In this document: in pieces, positions 24,909 through 38,670 of the stretch
How the letters are laid out: every line of letters begins with the position of its first letter
Numbering within the stretch: position 1 is the first letter of the stretch
Assembly: GCF_006345805.1 (NCBI RefSeq)
Contig: NW_021831829.1
Span: 1 to 64,000 of the forward strand
Source: Octopus sinensis
Lineage: Eukaryota
Direction of reading: 5' to 3'
Length of the DNA: 64,000 bases
Made by a program: the position numbers and the translations under genes
The notes under the pieces: generated by a model
Databases searched by the model: none
Seen by the model: the letters and a program-made list of their open reading frames with translations, nothing else
Told to the model about the DNA's origin: nothing

Positions 24909-25095
24909 CTTTATTTAAAGCAGCAGAAAATTCAACAAAATCTGTTACTCTGAGTTTCTCGTTGCCGTTCATCAGACAGTTTTTGTTACATTCAATTCAT
25001 CAACAGATTACTGCAAGAAAAAAAAAGTTGCAACAACCCCGTCCCCCAACTCAGAGTAACAGATTTTGTTGAATTTTCTGCTGCTTTAAATAAAG
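24909..25095. repeat. 48-bp perfect inverted repeat (24909-24956 / 25048-25095), Penelope-like terminus
   Basis: ctttatttaaagcagcagaaaattcaacaaaatctgttactctgagtt and its exact reverse complement, between (TA)n tracts. Confidence 0.9.
24934..24987 (-). ncRNA. Minimal type I hammerhead ribozyme
   Basis: Minus strand reads aacaaaaactgt-CTGATGA-a-cg(gcaa)cg-a-GAAA-ctc(a)gag-T-A-acagattttgtt. Stem I has 11/12 pairs, stem II has a GNRA loop, stem III is ACTC/GAGT, and the cleavage triplet is GUA. Confidence 0.75.
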
Positions 25096-25162
25096 CATAT
25101 TACTCTACCACTGGTATTTGAGTACTCTTTTCTTCCACCTTGTTTCACATTTATGTGTTTAC

Positions 25163-25217
<55 letters not shown>

Positions 25218-26395
25218 TGTATGTGTGTATGCATGTATGCATTATGTATGTTATGTATGTATGCATTTATGTGTATATGTGTATGAAGTGCACGCACCTA
25301 CGTATGTATATATGGATGTATATATATATATATATAGATATATATATATACATATGTTGGTACAGGACGTCACCAACGGTGAAATTAACCTGAAATACGT
25401 AAACAACTAGAAGAAATGGAAAACATGACAAATAAACACAGAGAAAGGACCCCTCATCAGTTATCAGCTGTCTAACTACTCCTCATTTCGAGCATTAATA
25501 AGTAATAACAAAGTAAGTGGCTAGTAAGCATAAAGACCAATGGGTAAATTTATAAATATATAATCAAGTGTACAAGTACCAGCGTTGCTAGAAATAAGAT
25601 TTGGATTTCGTCAGCTTGTTAAATTTACAGTGATATTGTGGATTATTTGAGAATTTTTCGACTCCTCTTCCTAGCAGCACTGGTACATGTAGTATTGATT
25701 TTATATATATATATATATAGATATAATATATATCTATATATATTATATATATATACAGAGAGAGACAGAGAAAAAGGAGAGAGAGAAAGAAGAGAGAGAG
25801 AGCGAGAGAAAGAGAGAGAGACACAGAGAGAGCGAGAGAAAGCGAGAGAGAAAGAGAGAAAGAGAGAGAGACATACATACATACAAACCTACCTACCTAC
25901 ACATGCTGTGGCATCGAAAACACGGGTAAACGGCTCCTTTCCCCAGAAAAGAAAAGATTTTACTGCTATTCTTTGCATGCTCTGCTAGCACGTAACAGGT
26001 ATTTCCGGTTCTTTATCGCAAATAGTTGTTACGTGGTAGCAGAGCGTGCTAGAAATAGCAGGCAAATCTTTTGAGTTGAGATAATTTGAATGCACTCCAA
26101 AAAAAAAAATTGTAATGGTATTCCCTTGCGGCGATCTTTCGATTTGACTTCCAGAACTGTCGCTTTGACTCTCACAAATGTCATCCGGATCACCTGGTTT
26201 TGTTCGTTAATTTCCGTAAAAAAGTTTTTTTATTTATTTACTTTTGCTTTAAATTGAAAGAGAGGAGAAAGTAAAAGTTGTATGATCGTGTATATGAAAT
26301 GGACCTGTATGTTTGCGTGTGTGAGAGAGAGAGAGTGCCACTTACAAATACATGAGAAGACACACGTTCACTCACTCACTCTCTCGCTATTGCTC

Positions 26396-26426
<31 letters not shown>

Positions 26427-27722
26427 CACACACATGCACACGTACATACAAAAAAGGATTACGCATATGTATTGATTTATATATGTATACATAACAATAC
26501 ATACCTTCACTCATTGTTTCTTCCTTTCTCTCTCTCTCTCTTCCTTTCTCTCATTCCCTCTCTCACGCAAACACGTCGATTTCATATACACGTACATACA
26601 TCATTCTGTTTCTCCTCTGTTTCACTTAAAAACAGAAGTAAAGAAAAGAAACTTTTGTATAGAAATTAGCGAATTCCGGATGCCAGTTCTGAGAATCAAA
26701 GGGGAAGGTTGCCATTCACATGGAAATAATTTTATAAAACATTAGAATACTGTCTGTTTAAAGAAAGCCAAAATGTAAATACTTACTGTACAAAAAACTT
26801 GCATTTTTCAAATCACATTCAGTTAAAAATATTTCTAAACGATTAAAATATTGTGTATATCAAAAAGTTAACGTTTATTTTTCGTCTTAGAAAGTGCGAA
26901 GACTATGTGTGTGTATATGTCACAGATAGCGGACGTGTGTTTGTGTTGGACATTCATTATACGTGTTTGTATTCTGTATGTGTGTATATGTGTTGATGTC
27001 ACACATGTTTTTCGTCAAGAAATAATAAACAAAAATTGTGCTTAATCGTTTCCATTAATAAATAGAAGTCCAAATATCACAAAATTTTTATAAAACATTA
27101 GAATATTGTCTGTTCAAAGAAAGCTAAAATAAAATATAAATGTACTGCATCGCCGAAGGTAAGTATGAAAATAAATATTCAAAACACTAAAGATAAAATA
27201 TACTATTTCTGATATATTTCGGGTACATAGAAACATCTCTAGAGTTTTACTATTATTAAGATGTGTGCAGTGTGTATTGGAATTTGTTTTTCGTTTAGAC
27301 ATAACGATAATAATAATGCGATGCTACGTCTCATTATCCGTAGGCTTCAGATAAAAGTGTTAGTCGGGTGCAAAGCGTAAGAATAGATTATATTAATGAC
27401 AGCTTACGGCTGTTTCTCCTATACGGTGATACTCAACTGTGACTGCATTGCATCTCATAACAGAAACAGCTATCAATAAATAAGTGAGGATTAGTGGAGA
27501 TTCATTTAATAGATCGAAGCTCATCAAAGTGCGGCATACCACACTTGATGGCTAAACATTACAACGCAAATCAACAGATAAACAATCCATTCAGTTAGCA
27601 TGGAGGACTGATCAACAAATGGAACTTCCTCAGTATATCGTACTCCGTGAATTCAAGAGTATACAAAATTTGACAGAACGTTAAGTATGACGTAATTTAA
27701 AAAAGATAAAAGGGATATAAAG

Positions 27723-27759
<37 letters not shown>

Positions 27760-28022
27760 ATAGTATTATTAAAATACCATCACAAGTGGTAAGTGAATTA
27801 TCAGCCGTACAGGCAAATTAATAAAATATATACATACAATATTACATATGTACATATATACACAATGATATATATACATATATACATTGATATTTTTCTT
27901 ATCTTGTCTGTAATAGATTTGTGAATATTCGGTGGTACAGAAGTATTTTTTGATTTCTATCATTAGCGATATAAGTACTCATGTAGTACCCTTGTGGATA
28001 TATATATACATATCTAATATTG

Positions 28023-28081
<59 letters not shown>

Positions 28082-28487
28082 AGAGGGGTCTGTATGATTG
28101 TGTATAGAGGGATATATATTATTCAAAGGAATTCCAACTCTGTTTTTTTTAGGTTTTATTTATATTCTATATAATATTAATACAGAATATAGAATATATA
28201 GTATAAATAGTATATATAGTAAAATGAAATGAAGTATTGATTGTCTTATTGAATAGATGAAGTATTGAATATCAAATATTGAGGGACTAGTATACTTTCT
28301 TGCATTAAACCAGTCTTCAATGCCCCAGGTCGTATATACATACACTCACACACACACACATATATGCGCACCTATTATATATAATATCCAATTTTAAATA
28401 CAAACCAAGTTTCTTCTACGTCTTACCCAAAATATACAAAAATCCACATATTTGTACAGCTTGCAAGGATTCATCGAGCCTATGCAT

Positions 28488-28711
28488 TACCGCCCCACCA
28501 CTGGCTAAGCGAGCAGGCCAACAGAAGAAAGAGTGGGAGAAACAGTGGTGAAAGATTACAGCAGGCATCACCACCATCCCCTGCCGGAGCCTCGTGGAGC
28601 TTTTAGGTGTTTTCGCTCAATAAACACTCACAACGCCCGGTCTGAGAATCGAAACCGCGATCCTACGACCGCGAGTCCGCTGCCCTAACCACTAGGCCAT
28701 TGCGCCTCCAC
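28488..28711 (-). mobile_element. tRNA-derived SINE family C
   Basis: The head ggcgcaatggcctagtggttagggcagcggactcgcggtcgtaggatcgcggtttcgattc has A- and B-box-like motifs and is followed by a non-tRNA body. Confidence 0.8.
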
Positions 28712-28716
28712 ACACA

Positions 28717-28753
<37 letters not shown>

Positions 28754-28791
28754 CACACATATATATATAATATTATATATATATATATAAT

Positions 28792-28834
<43 letters not shown>

Positions 28835-28840
28835 TAATAT

Positions 28841-28964
28841 CATATATATGTGTGTGTGTCTGTGTGTTTTGTATTGTGTGGTGTGGGTACGTAGGTGTGT
28901 ATAGATGTATGAATGTAAGTATGCATGTATATATCTATCTATCTATCTATTATCTATATATCTA

Positions 28965-29015
<51 letters not shown>

Positions 29016-29433
29016 TATATATATATATATATTATATATATAGGTATGTTTGAATGTGATTTCAGAACAGAACGTATGCATAACGTAGTTATTTGTGCAG
29101 TTAACAGTGACAGTGATACGTATATTGATAACAATCTATATAACAATACATTCAATAAAAATTATTTCAACAAGAATCAAATTTTCTTCATAACATAGCA
29201 GAAACCTATTGGCAATAATGAGAATTTATTACGAGTATTGCTGGTAAGCTATCAGACACCAGATATATTGACGATATGAATGGCCGATATCAAATACATG
29301 ATCACATAGTGACTTACTCCTATACGCGCATATATCTCGTACACCCACGTATACTCGTGAAACCACATATATATGCATGCATATATTTATATGTGTATAT
29401 ACATACAGATTGATAGATAGATAGATAGATAGG

Positions 29434-29480
<47 letters not shown>

Positions 29481-29595
29481 GTAGATAGATAGATATATAG
29501 GTAGATAGATAGATGGATGGGTGGATGGTTGGATAGATAGATAGATAGACAAATAAATGGATAGATGGATGTATAGATAATAGGTAGATAGATAG
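28841..29595 (+). repeat. ~755-bp direct duplication, copy 1 (copy 2 at ~30121-30875)
   Basis: The unique core and the embedded microsatellites are nearly identical between copies. Confidence 0.95.
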
Positions 29596-29669
29596 TATGT
29601 TTCTTTATTAGCCACACAGGGCTGCACACAGATAGAACAAATTACAAGGTAGAGCTTTTCTTTTGAAGG

Positions 29670-29705
<36 letters not shown>

Positions 29706-29769
29706 AAGGGGGAGGTTCGATCAAAAGGGATCGTAAAAGGAGAGAAAGGGACAAAAATAAGGGGGGTAA

Positions 29770-29801
<32 letters not shown>

Positions 29802-29936
29802 AGAGGAAAAAAAATGATCAATAGGGATCGTTATCACAGAAATGTCAATATGAAGTGTAAAGGGGGACAGGTGAGGTTTCCCGTGGAAGAAAGCCTGCCG
29901 AAAAGACCACGGTAACCTCGGTCAATGAAGTCACAT

Positions 29937-29972
<36 letters not shown>

Positions 29973-30115
29973 AAATAAGCAACTCTCTGTTTTCGATTTC
30001 TGGGTTCATAGGACTATGCTCAAGGTGGCTTCGTCATTCATACGTGCCATTCTTGCTACTTCACCCATCTTTTTTTAAAACATTCGCTAGACAAAACTTG
30101 CCTCTCTACTCTCAG
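29596..30115 (-). mobile_element. 5'-truncated LINE 3' end (Tx1/L1-like ORF2 C-terminus plus homopolymer-rich 3' UTR)
   Basis: Across a frameshift the minus strand reads RVERQVLSSECF*KRWV.VARMARMNDEATLSIVL*. The UTR ends ...ggctaataaagaaacata at a (CTAT)n tract. The clade call is from recall only. Confidence 0.55.
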
Positions 30116-30120
30116 ATATA

Positions 30121-30246
30121 CATATATATGTGTGTGTGTGTCTGTGTGTTTGTATGTGAGTGTGTGTGTGGTACGTAGGTGTGTATAAGTATGAATGTAA
30201 GTAGGCATGTATATATCTATCTATCTATCTATTATCTATATATCTA

Positions 30247-30297
<51 letters not shown>

Positions 30298-30712
30298 TAT
30301 ATATATATATATATTATATATATAGGTATGTTTGAATGTGATTTCAGAACAGAACGTATGCATAACGTAGTTTATTTGTGCAGTTAACAGTGACAGTGAT
30401 ACGTATATTGATAACAATCTATAACAATACATTCAATAAAAATTATTTCAACAAGAATCAATTTTCTTCTAACATAGCAGAAACCTATTGGCAATAATGA
30501 GAATTTATTACGAGTATTGCTGGTAAGCTATCAGACACCAGAGATATTGACGATATGAATGGCCGATATCAAATACATGATCACATAGTGACTTACTCGT
30601 ATACGCGCATATATCTCGTACACCCACGTATACTCGTGAAACCACATATATATGCATGCATATATTTATATGTGTATATACATACAGATTGATAGATAGA
30701 TAGATAGATAGG

Positions 30713-30749
<37 letters not shown>

Positions 30750-30870
30750 TATGATAGATAGATAGATAGATAGATAGATATATAGGTAGATAGATAGATG
30801 GATGGGTGGATGGTTGGATAGATAGATAGATACACAAATAAATGGATAGATGGATGTATAGATAAATAGG

Positions 30871-30875
<5 letters not shown>
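30121..30875 (+). repeat. ~755-bp direct duplication, copy 2, running into (GATA)n to ~31180
   Basis: Matches 28841-29595. Confidence 0.95.
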
Positions 30876-30935
<60 letters not shown>

Positions 30936-31072
30936 TGATAGATAGATAGATATATAGGTAGATAGATAGATATATAGGTAGATAGATAGATGGCTGGATG
31001 GATGGTTGGATAGATAGATAGATAGACAAATAGATGGATAGATGGATGTATAGATAAATAGGTAGATAGATT

Positions 31073-31180
<108 letters not shown>

Positions 31181-31391
31181 TTTTTATTATTCTTATACAA
31201 GTAAGTTGTCTTCGCTGACTTCGACGTTTCGACCAATCGTTGGACTTCTTCGCTGCACGAAATCTCTTGTCTAAGAATAATGAAACTGATAATTGTAAAA
31301 TACGTCAAAAGTATAGAGTAACCTATCAGATTAATGCAAAATTGTTTTATTATAACTAACATAAAAAACAAACTTTAATATATATATATGT

Positions 31392-31430
<39 letters not shown>

Positions 31431-31476
31431 TATGTATGTATGTATGTATGAATCTACAGAGAGAGCGAGAAAGAAG

Positions 31477-31521
<45 letters not shown>

Positions 31522-33440
31522 TAACTAGTTTTATGCTTACGTAGGTTTATTATTATATTCGAATTTAAGTTTTACTTTCAGTTTCATTGTTGTTATAGCC
31601 AGAATAACAAATAGATTTGCATAGTAATTCTAATAAATATTTCTGTATGGGGTCTAAATGTCAGTATATTTACTGGTAAAATCGTCTCTTTAATGTATTA
31701 TTAGAATCGTATATCAGCGATTTTGTTCAAATTTTTATTAAAGCTAAAAATTATATATGAGCTTTCAAGTAAACTACAAAACATACTTTATCACATAAAT
31801 ATTACTTGGAAATGCACATTAAGTATAATTGCTTAAATTTCTATGTAAACAAAAAGAGAAATATATATTATGTGTTTATGTGTTTATGTTTTTGTATTTG
31901 CGTTTATAGAGAGAGAGGCTGCGAGAGAGATAGAGAGATGGGGAAAGTTTACGAAATATTTGAAAAGAAACATGTTTATTTGATTCTAAATGAACGAAGA
32001 TTAAAATCTGTAAAAAAGATAAATCAACTTTGATTCAAATATACTCAAAGAATATCAAAGAAAATAGAACATAGATTTGAAATACAAATAGTCGCAATTG
32101 TAAAGAGAATGTTTACACACATATACACACGCACAAACGCACCCACGCGCGTAGAGAGAAACACAGACTATCACACAGACACATACGTCTGTGGGTATTT
32201 ATATAATGGGAATTGATAATTTTACGAGACTAAAATTAGAATTAGTATCATCCTGGTGCGTTTAAGTAATGAACTATTGATTCGTCTGCAAAATAAGAGG
32301 AAATCCTGTTACGCAATTAGAACATATATATATTCTATAATATATATTGGACACGGACGGTCGTTGAATTCATTTTGTCTTGAGGTTCACAGCCAAACGG
32401 CTGGGTAGATTCGCGTGATAAATGACACACCTATGCAGACCAGTGCATAGATTGGAATGCTATTTGTATTTTTTTATTAGCCCAAACACTTTCCGAGAAA
32501 ATCGATTAAAACTTTTTCTAATGGAATTCCGCTGTTTGTTCCGCCATTAAAACGACCAGTTGGTCACACAGTCGGCATATACCATTTCGCTAGCAACAAG
32601 GGGAGTACAGGATGACAGTCAGCCAAAACCTCCGCTTTGCTGTCTCTCTTCTCTCTCACATACACACGCACGCACGCACACACACACATTAGTACAATTT
32701 TACCTAAAATCCCACAGAGGATAAGGAGATAGACAAAGAACATGTTTTACCAACAACAGGTCCTTCTAATTTAATTAAATTCAGTGTCTTTGCGCAGCTG
32801 AAGATTGCTCTACATTTTAAATTGATGTAATGAAAGGATTGCCTTGGTCAATTAAATGGAGTCGCATGAAACGATCGTACTGCATTACTCTGGATATTGT
32901 TGTTGCTTATTTTGATTTTAATCACCTTATTTTGTGATAATACCGTACTTAATACTTAATTCTGGTGCCTCAACTTAAGTACCATATTCATCTGAATCTC
33001 AATTATATATATATATATATATATGTATAACTACGACCAACTTAGGCTCCGATTAAGGGGTTGTAAATCAGCCTATCGGACTACATAGCTTTGTTATATA
33101 TTTTTACATTCTTAAGGTACAATTTCAGGTAAAAGTCACACACAACATTCTGTATTATACTATTAAACTGGAGTTAGTAAAAAAATTCGGGGTCTCAAGC
33201 AGTCGTCTTATAAACAAATACGAGGATACCTCGATATTTCTGCTACAGGATAGCCATCCAACACAGTTGCGATCGTTAACAGAATCTAGGAGCAGCGTTT
33301 GTTAGCTGGCACCATCCGTAGATGGGTTAAATTCTAAGAGATGAAGCCCATTAGATTTCAACAGGACTAATTATTATAGCTGCCGGGCGCTGGCGTGCCA
33401 ATCGTCGTTAAGTTGGATAGATCCTAAATAGAAGTCGACC

Positions 33441-33472
<32 letters not shown>

Positions 33473-33802
33473 TACTTGCATGCTTACATACTTATAAACA
33501 GAAGTGTTCTCTTCTCTGTTCTGAGTTTCTAAATTAATTGGCTGTCATACGTCTGTTCAATAACAAAATGGAGAGACACGTCAGCACGGCAGAATGAATT
33601 CTCTGTTCTATATGTGAGCATATAAATTGTGAGTGTGTGAGTGTGAGCTCTCATCCCACCACCACCAATACCACCGTCGGTGTGTGTGTACGTAAGTGTA
33701 TATGTATATATAAATATATATATAAATATATATTTACATATATGAATAAATTTGCACAAACACGTCTATATAACGGCGTATAACTTCATTTAGTTTTATA
33801 TA

Positions 33803-33845
<43 letters not shown>

Positions 33846-33854
33846 TCTATAATA

Positions 33855-33886
<32 letters not shown>

Positions 33887-34635
33887 ATGTATGTATATAC
33901 AGATAGATAGACATACAGATAGATAGATATATGGTTAGATAGACTGACAGGGATATAGATAGACTGATGAATGGATAAATGTAGATATGTATATTTACAT
34001 ACATACATACATACATATATACATACATACATACATACATACATACATACATACACACACACATGTATGCATACATACATACCTATAGGCATGAACACAT
34101 ACAGATATATTTGTAAGTGTGCATCTGTTTGGGTTTATATATATGTGTGCAAGCCTGATATTTTTTCTCTTTATGAATGTTAGTCAAGCATTAGAATGAC
34201 GTTGTCATTTGTTCCTATCTTTAGTAGTGTCAAGACTGCGTGGTAATCAGGAAACAATAGCAGTTAACGCATGAAAGTAGCAGGATACATATAGTTGTAA
34301 TGTAATGTAACGTATGTTCGTTTTGCTGCTTTTATCTCCTTAATATTTTTATAAATGCTTTTAAATTACAATGGAATGGTAAAATGTGAATCATAAAAAA
34401 AGAGAGATATCCAGGAATGTCCTTTTCTTTTATACATTGCATGTTCAATTTTTGCTCTTTTCTCCTCAGCAAGTTAATAATGTGATTTTTATCTATTTCC
34501 TAAATAATAGAATGGAAAGATTATTCATTACCAATAAGCTTTTTTTATTTATTCTTTTGCTTTTGTTTCTGGAAATACTATTTATGTATGTATATTGCTT
34601 TAAAGACAATATGTGATATAATATATATATAATAT

Positions 34636-34680
<45 letters not shown>

Positions 34681-34962
34681 TTATTGTATATCTGATGTGC
34701 TTATATATGTAAATATCAATATATATATATAATACACACACACACCACATATATATATAGGTATGTACGTATATGTCCATGTATGTATGTATATATGTAC
34801 TTATGTATGCATCTATGTATCTATGTATGTATCTGAAGGAAAAAGTGAAACTTTATATGTATACATATATATATAATATATATGTATATGTATATATATA
34901 TCGATATGTATATATATATAGATATGTATATATATATACATATATATATATATGCATATATA

Positions 34963-35014
<52 letters not shown>

Positions 35015-35877
35015 ATATCTATCTATATATTTATAAAACATGATATGAAATGATAGGTTGTAATAAAAAGCAAATTAGAGAAACCAAATACCTGGTTTTC
35101 TATCCATGCAAGGGTAATAAATATTTCAATTTCGAGGACGGTTGTCCATGTTTGTCTTTTTCAATTTCCATCTAAAAGATATGTTGACAATCTCTTTCAT
35201 ACTCCCACTTAGAAACACACTCTGGAGCTACTTTAGGTGTTAAATCTAAATTTATGGTGATCGAATGCCTCAAGCAGGTATATATGTACAGCTTTGTAAG
35301 AAATGTTTACATAAAAATACATGGATTTGGTGAGATATTATTTGTGCAGAAATTCTGTTTTCTATTCACAAAATTATATTGATGTTTAAACGCGAATGTA
35401 TCTAAATTATTATTTTACCTTTTGGATTATATTTTTATATTTTATATTTTTAAATTGGCAGATTTTTTTTTTTTTTGTATATTTTGTCTTCCGGTATAGA
35501 TTCTTTGGCGTGCTTTGTTTAGAGGAGAAAGCGGTTTCTATATAACTAATATAATAGTAAGAACTCGAACGTTTTCATCTTATAATATTATCGGATATAC
35601 ACTGAGATAACTAAATATTTCTCAGAAAATTAATGGTACAGACCCATGCGTTTGGAGATTTTGAAAGTGTAAAGAATAATGTAATTGCCATGAGAATAAT
35701 GAGCTGGTTATGTAACTTTAGGTTTAGTAGAGTCACAGTCCTTCAGAGAGGAACTAAGAGAATTCAGATTGGCCGATGTGAAGTTGGCACCATCTCTTAG
35801 GCATTGGTCTACCTTTTAAGTAAAAGAAACGAAATGCCAAAAGAAAAACGTATCAAGCTGTTACGGTTGCCACACTC

Positions 35878-35908
<31 letters not shown>

Positions 35909-37798
35909 CCTTGTCAGAGCCTTCGTTTAAAATCAGATTTACACTTCGTAAATTCTCATAGAGTTCTTATCACATACATGCTGACTCTGAGAAAACAGTT
36001 TGCTATCTAAAAGAGTTCCTAAACAGATAGAAATCGTGAAATACCATTTCTGATTCATCATTTAATATCTAACAATGTTAGATATTAAATATATGTCCTT
36101 CACTGGTTTGTGATGTCGAAGATGTAAATCTATCAAATCGAATCAGGAGGAGATATGTGTCGAGAGAATAGCTACAGATGGATAAATTTTGCATGTGAGA
36201 ATTTTCATATATTCACTGCCATATTGTAGAGAAAATGCAGTCGCGTATAGATGTGGTAAATTCTGGACATCAAACCCATAATGCAACATTATCTGGGATT
36301 ATTCAACCTTCTAAAAGTATTAGTTAAATTACCCTCATGTTACATCCAGAAATATTTGTCAAATGTAAGCGGAAATTGAATGATGAAGATGTGAATATGA
36401 TAGACATGTTCCAGTGCTTTCAGATGTATGTAATTTTAGCCTAAATCAGAGGCGAATAAGCGTGGCGCAATATGTAATGCAGGCGGCTTTTGGGCATAAG
36501 AGGTTACAGCACAGCCGTTTTGGCACCGCTTATTTCGTGTCACTGATTCGATGCTGACTTATTTGACATCAGAAGTTTTAATGTATCTCCTCTTCTCTCC
36601 CCACTCTCCCCTCTCCCTCGTCTCTCTCTCTCTCTTTACGTGTGTAAGCATCTACTTATATCTGTCTGTATGTACATCTCAGTTTCTCTCTCTCTCATTC
36701 TCTCCCCCCCATCTCTCTTTCTCTCTCGCTCTCTGCATATGTATATTTGTGCACGGGCGCTCGAAGGGGCACTCTCTCCGACAGGTTTCCACACATCCCA
36801 TCGATCCAATTTCCCACTCATGTTTTAGATCCACCTGAGGCTATACTAAAGGCACATGCTAATATCTTACATATTAATACCGAACTCAGAACCTCATGAC
36901 TGTGAAACAGAATTCTTTGCAATCCAGGTACATCTGCCTAATGATATGTAAAAAGCAGAATATTAACTCTTGAACATTTTTGCTGGGAGGCTTATTGGAT
37001 GAGAGGGGAAACTGGGCCTAAACGACAACCTATTTTAGAAACAATGCCTTAGCGTGTGCCTCTTTTGTCGGATATACGAAATACTACCGATATAAACATA
37101 TGGTGATATTCCAGCTGCACAGATAATTTTCGTCTCAATGGCATTTGTGACATTGCCTCTAGGATCTCTCAGGTCACTATTCAGGCCTACAGCGGATCTG
37201 GCATTAAGCATAGGTGCCAGACGAAAGTTGTAACTTCCACAGAGTTGATCAAACGGACTTGGATTATGTAATCCCCTGTCTGTTGAGACCCGAAATCGAT
37301 CTGCAAGCCCTTTCGAACACTACACACGGAGGATTCGCCCAGAATAGCATACATTTAATATTTTATGGGAATTCAGATGGTTGACATATCCATCGTTGGA
37401 AAGGTGTACACGGCCACACGTTTCACGACTCTAACAATTTATAATTACTTTGATCTTCTCACAAAAATCCCACCAAAAGTCAAATTTTTAGACTTTCGTG
37501 TTCAAGGTGACCTTCATCAAATATTTTCCACACAAAAACTGACACACACACACACATATACATGTATATATGTACACAACACACACATATGTACATGTAT
37601 ATATGTACACACACACACATATATATATACATGTATATATATACACAAACTCACACACACACACATACATATACATGTATATATGCACACATGTATGTAT
37701 ATATATATATATATATATATTTACACATATACGTATATGTATGCACATGTGTATGTATATATAAGTACATACATACATACACATACATATCTATACGA

Positions 37799-37852
<54 letters not shown>

Positions 37853-38231
37853 CATGCGCTTTTACATATTTGTATGCCACACATTATTTCAACTGAACAA
37901 TAACACCCATACCCAGGCGATAAATATCATGTTTTCATGAGAAAGGAAAACACCTGTACTATAATTCCTAAGGAACTAACAATTATGTAGTATCATGAAA
38001 AATACATTTTGTTCGATAAACTAATCGGATATTACTATAGAAATGAGCGGAAAATTTGAATCATGCTAGAACACTACGGAATTCTTATTATCTTCGTCTT
38101 TCTACAATGAAGTGGGAATGACATCCGACAAGATACAGACGTGGAAAAGATTCGTCGCATCAAATATATGCAGGCACGCGCACATACATAAATACATGCG
38201 TGCATGTATACAGTTATATACATATATACAT

Positions 38232-38328
<97 letters not shown>

Positions 38329-38447
38329 GTATATATGTATATATATATATAGCTATATATATATATATATGAATGTACATATGTATATTTATATATTTAT
38401 AAGTGTGTATATATATATATATACTTATCTATGTGTGTCTGGATATA

Positions 38448-38501
<54 letters not shown>

Positions 38502-38510
38502 ATATATATA

Positions 38511-38554
<44 letters not shown>

Positions 38555-38670
38555 GTATATATATATATATACATATATATATACAAAAGAAATTGAGAAA
38601 AACTTTCCTGGCAGGAAATATTTGCTTTCTAGTAGTTACGTATTATACTTAAATTTTGTCTTTTGTTATA

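Noticed and set aside
25445-25500. GAAA...CTGATGA on the minus strand (type II hammerhead order)
   Set aside because: Stems I and III cannot be formed convincingly with a valid UH site.
26110-26220. Protein-like peptides in a GC-richer patch (PGDPDDICESQSDSSG...)
   Set aside because: The frames are short, with no credible splice acceptor or recognisable homology.
28630-28711. tRNA-like sequence (also the heads at 58957, 60123 and of SINE families A and B)
   Set aside because: A/B-box-like motifs are present, but there is no acceptor stem or full cloverleaf and each runs into a SINE body.
37100-37260. LNARSAVG...DPRG on the minus strand as an AP-endonuclease remnant
   Set aside because: The resemblance is too weak and there are no supporting motifs.
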